DNA from: Azolla caroliniana | Lineage: Eukaryota; Plantae; Polypodiophyta | DNA: 64,000 bases | Direction: 5' to 3' | NCBI GenBank assembly: GCA_043228905.1 | Contig: JBHGNT010000007.1 | Location: 15,562,001-15,626,000 of the forward strand | Shown here: positions 62,434 to 64,000 of the stretch, one piece after another | Position numbering within the stretch: the stretch's first letter is position 1 | Layout of the letters: every line of letters begins with the position of its first letter | Position numbers and translations under genes: made by a program | Notes under the pieces: model-generated | What the model was told of the DNA's origin: nothing | Databases searched by the model: none | Seen by the model: only the letters and a program-made list of their open reading frames with translations

Positions 62434-63390
62434 TTAGAGAGGAACATAGAAATCCACCGATTTTTTGGCCTCCTCAAGCCTCTCTGCTACAGCCTCCCAT
62501 GAAATAAGCTCATTAAAATAGGTTGCAATATAATCTGGTCGACGGTTCTGTGAATGTTAAAAGTTTCGGTTAGCTAAAATATAATAGTAACTGTTTGCCA
62601 CTCTTGGTTGAAAGAAAGAAAACAAAATGAAGAGAAACTTTGACAAAACTTGCCTGAAAATCAAGGTAGTATGCATGCTGCAAGAGAAAAAGAAGAAAAC
62701 AGAAATATGTCAATGGTATTTGAATAACATATCGTTATGATTATGAAAAAAACAAACATAAATTTGTGCTTTTTACCTCCCACACATCGATGGTAAGAAG
62801 TGGCTGTTACAGATCACAACAATGGAGTGAGAAATTATGGTAACATTTAAGTATATATATGAAGCCTACCATTCACAAGACAGTTTACTAGCAAATATAG
62901 ATGTAAAATATGGATATTGCTTACAATATTGCCTGATATCAATGGATTGAATGCATCACGAGTCTTCTCGACGATAAGCTTTGCATACTTAGTTTCACCA
63001 TCCGCAGGCTTGGCTACAAAAGTAAACAATCGATTCTTAGGTTAATGAATATATTTACAAGATTATACATAAAGATAAACGCATATTTGGGCTAAAATGA
63101 CTCCATCGTTAGTTATTAGATTCGCATAAAACACTTTTGAACCTATAACACTGAAACAATATCCAGCCCACTAAGCAAAAACTTAAATCGTAGATAACAC
63201 AAAAATGACAATACATGCCTGCAAGCCATGCCCAACCAGAGCCAAATTGTGTGGCAGCTGCCTGTTTGAATTCTTGGGCAAATGCTTCAAATGATCCGAA
63301 ATCTCTTTCAATCAACTTAAGCAATTCCCCCGCTGGTTTCTTGCTACTGTGTGGCGTGATGGATCCCCAAAAAAAGTCGTGATTCCATAT
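62434..63390 (-). CDS. FSD: Iron superoxide dismutase, last five coding exons (63390-63219, 63013-62925, 62803-62777, 62677-62654, 62547-62434); 5' exons probably beyond the window
   Basis: Spliced product [50 protein letters not shown]|[30 protein letters not shown]|PLLTIDVWE|HAYYLDFQ|[37 protein letters not shown]-stop. Metal ligands are intact and splice phases are consistent. Confidence 0.95.
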
Positions 63391-63713
63391 CTACAGTCAT
63401 TGTATGTCATGTACATATGTCTCACCATAAAATAAAAAAAATGTGCCAAGAGTTCACAACGTTCTTCTCTTCCGGAACTAACCATTGCATATGACACATG
63501 CCTCAACAACTCAATGCAAATATATTTGCACAGACAGAAATGCATACATATACACATCAAAAAACACATATACATACCTGCATACAATCTCAAAACATAA
63601 GTAAACAGATGGATATACATGCATCCATAAGTAAATAAAGAAATGTGTAGACAATTCAAAAGTGCATTTATATATGCGTGACTAAATACAGACATATCTT
63701 ACGCGTACATATG

Positions 63714-63822
63714 TACATATACATACATACATACATACATATATACATACATACATACATATATATATATGTATGTATGTATAGATATATAGATATAGAT
63801 ATATATATATACATATATATAC
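63714..63822. repeat. Compound microsatellite (ACAT)n/(AT)n/(ATATAG)n, probably within an FSD intron
   Basis: Directly visible. Confidence 0.9.
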
Positions 63823-64000
63823 TGATTGCTATTATAAAATGTTTCTTCTGCTTTAGAGGTCCATAGTCGTGCTAAATAAAAACGATAATGTAAAATCACA
63901 TGTGCACTTCCAAGGAAAGAAAGTTTCTTGGAAAAGGAATTTTCAAAAATTTCTAAGTTAAGATATCGTCGCATCCTCAAAAATATACAACTCATACATA

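Overview
Eukaryotic, plant-type genomic DNA. Most of the window is nested, mostly decayed transposons. A non-seed plant such as a fern is my inference from the Tcn1-type chromoviruses, the RTEX-like LINE and the abundant (TC)n. Contents: several Ty1/copia fragments; three non-chromoviral Ty3/gypsy relics; three Tcn1-like chromoviruses, one a very young full-length copy (52925-58698, GTCAT TSD, LTRs identical except for a microsatellite); solo LTRs; an RTEX-like LINE; an L1-like LINE; a hAT-type MITE; and a near-perfect 3 x 2448 bp tandem triplication. Host sequence is limited to the last five coding exons of an iron superoxide dismutase gene (minus strand, two GC-AG introns) and an orphan last exon of sterol carrier protein 2. 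The most interesting signals are cis-acting. First, an antisense tRNA-type Pol III A/B-box cassette sits near the U3 edge of four different gypsy LTR families. Second, the chromoviruses have a tRNA-independent self-priming PBS with covarying bases. Third, they share a -1 frameshift signal (GTTAAAC, an 11-bp stem and a possible pseudoknot). All calls come from reading the sequence by eye; no searches were run.
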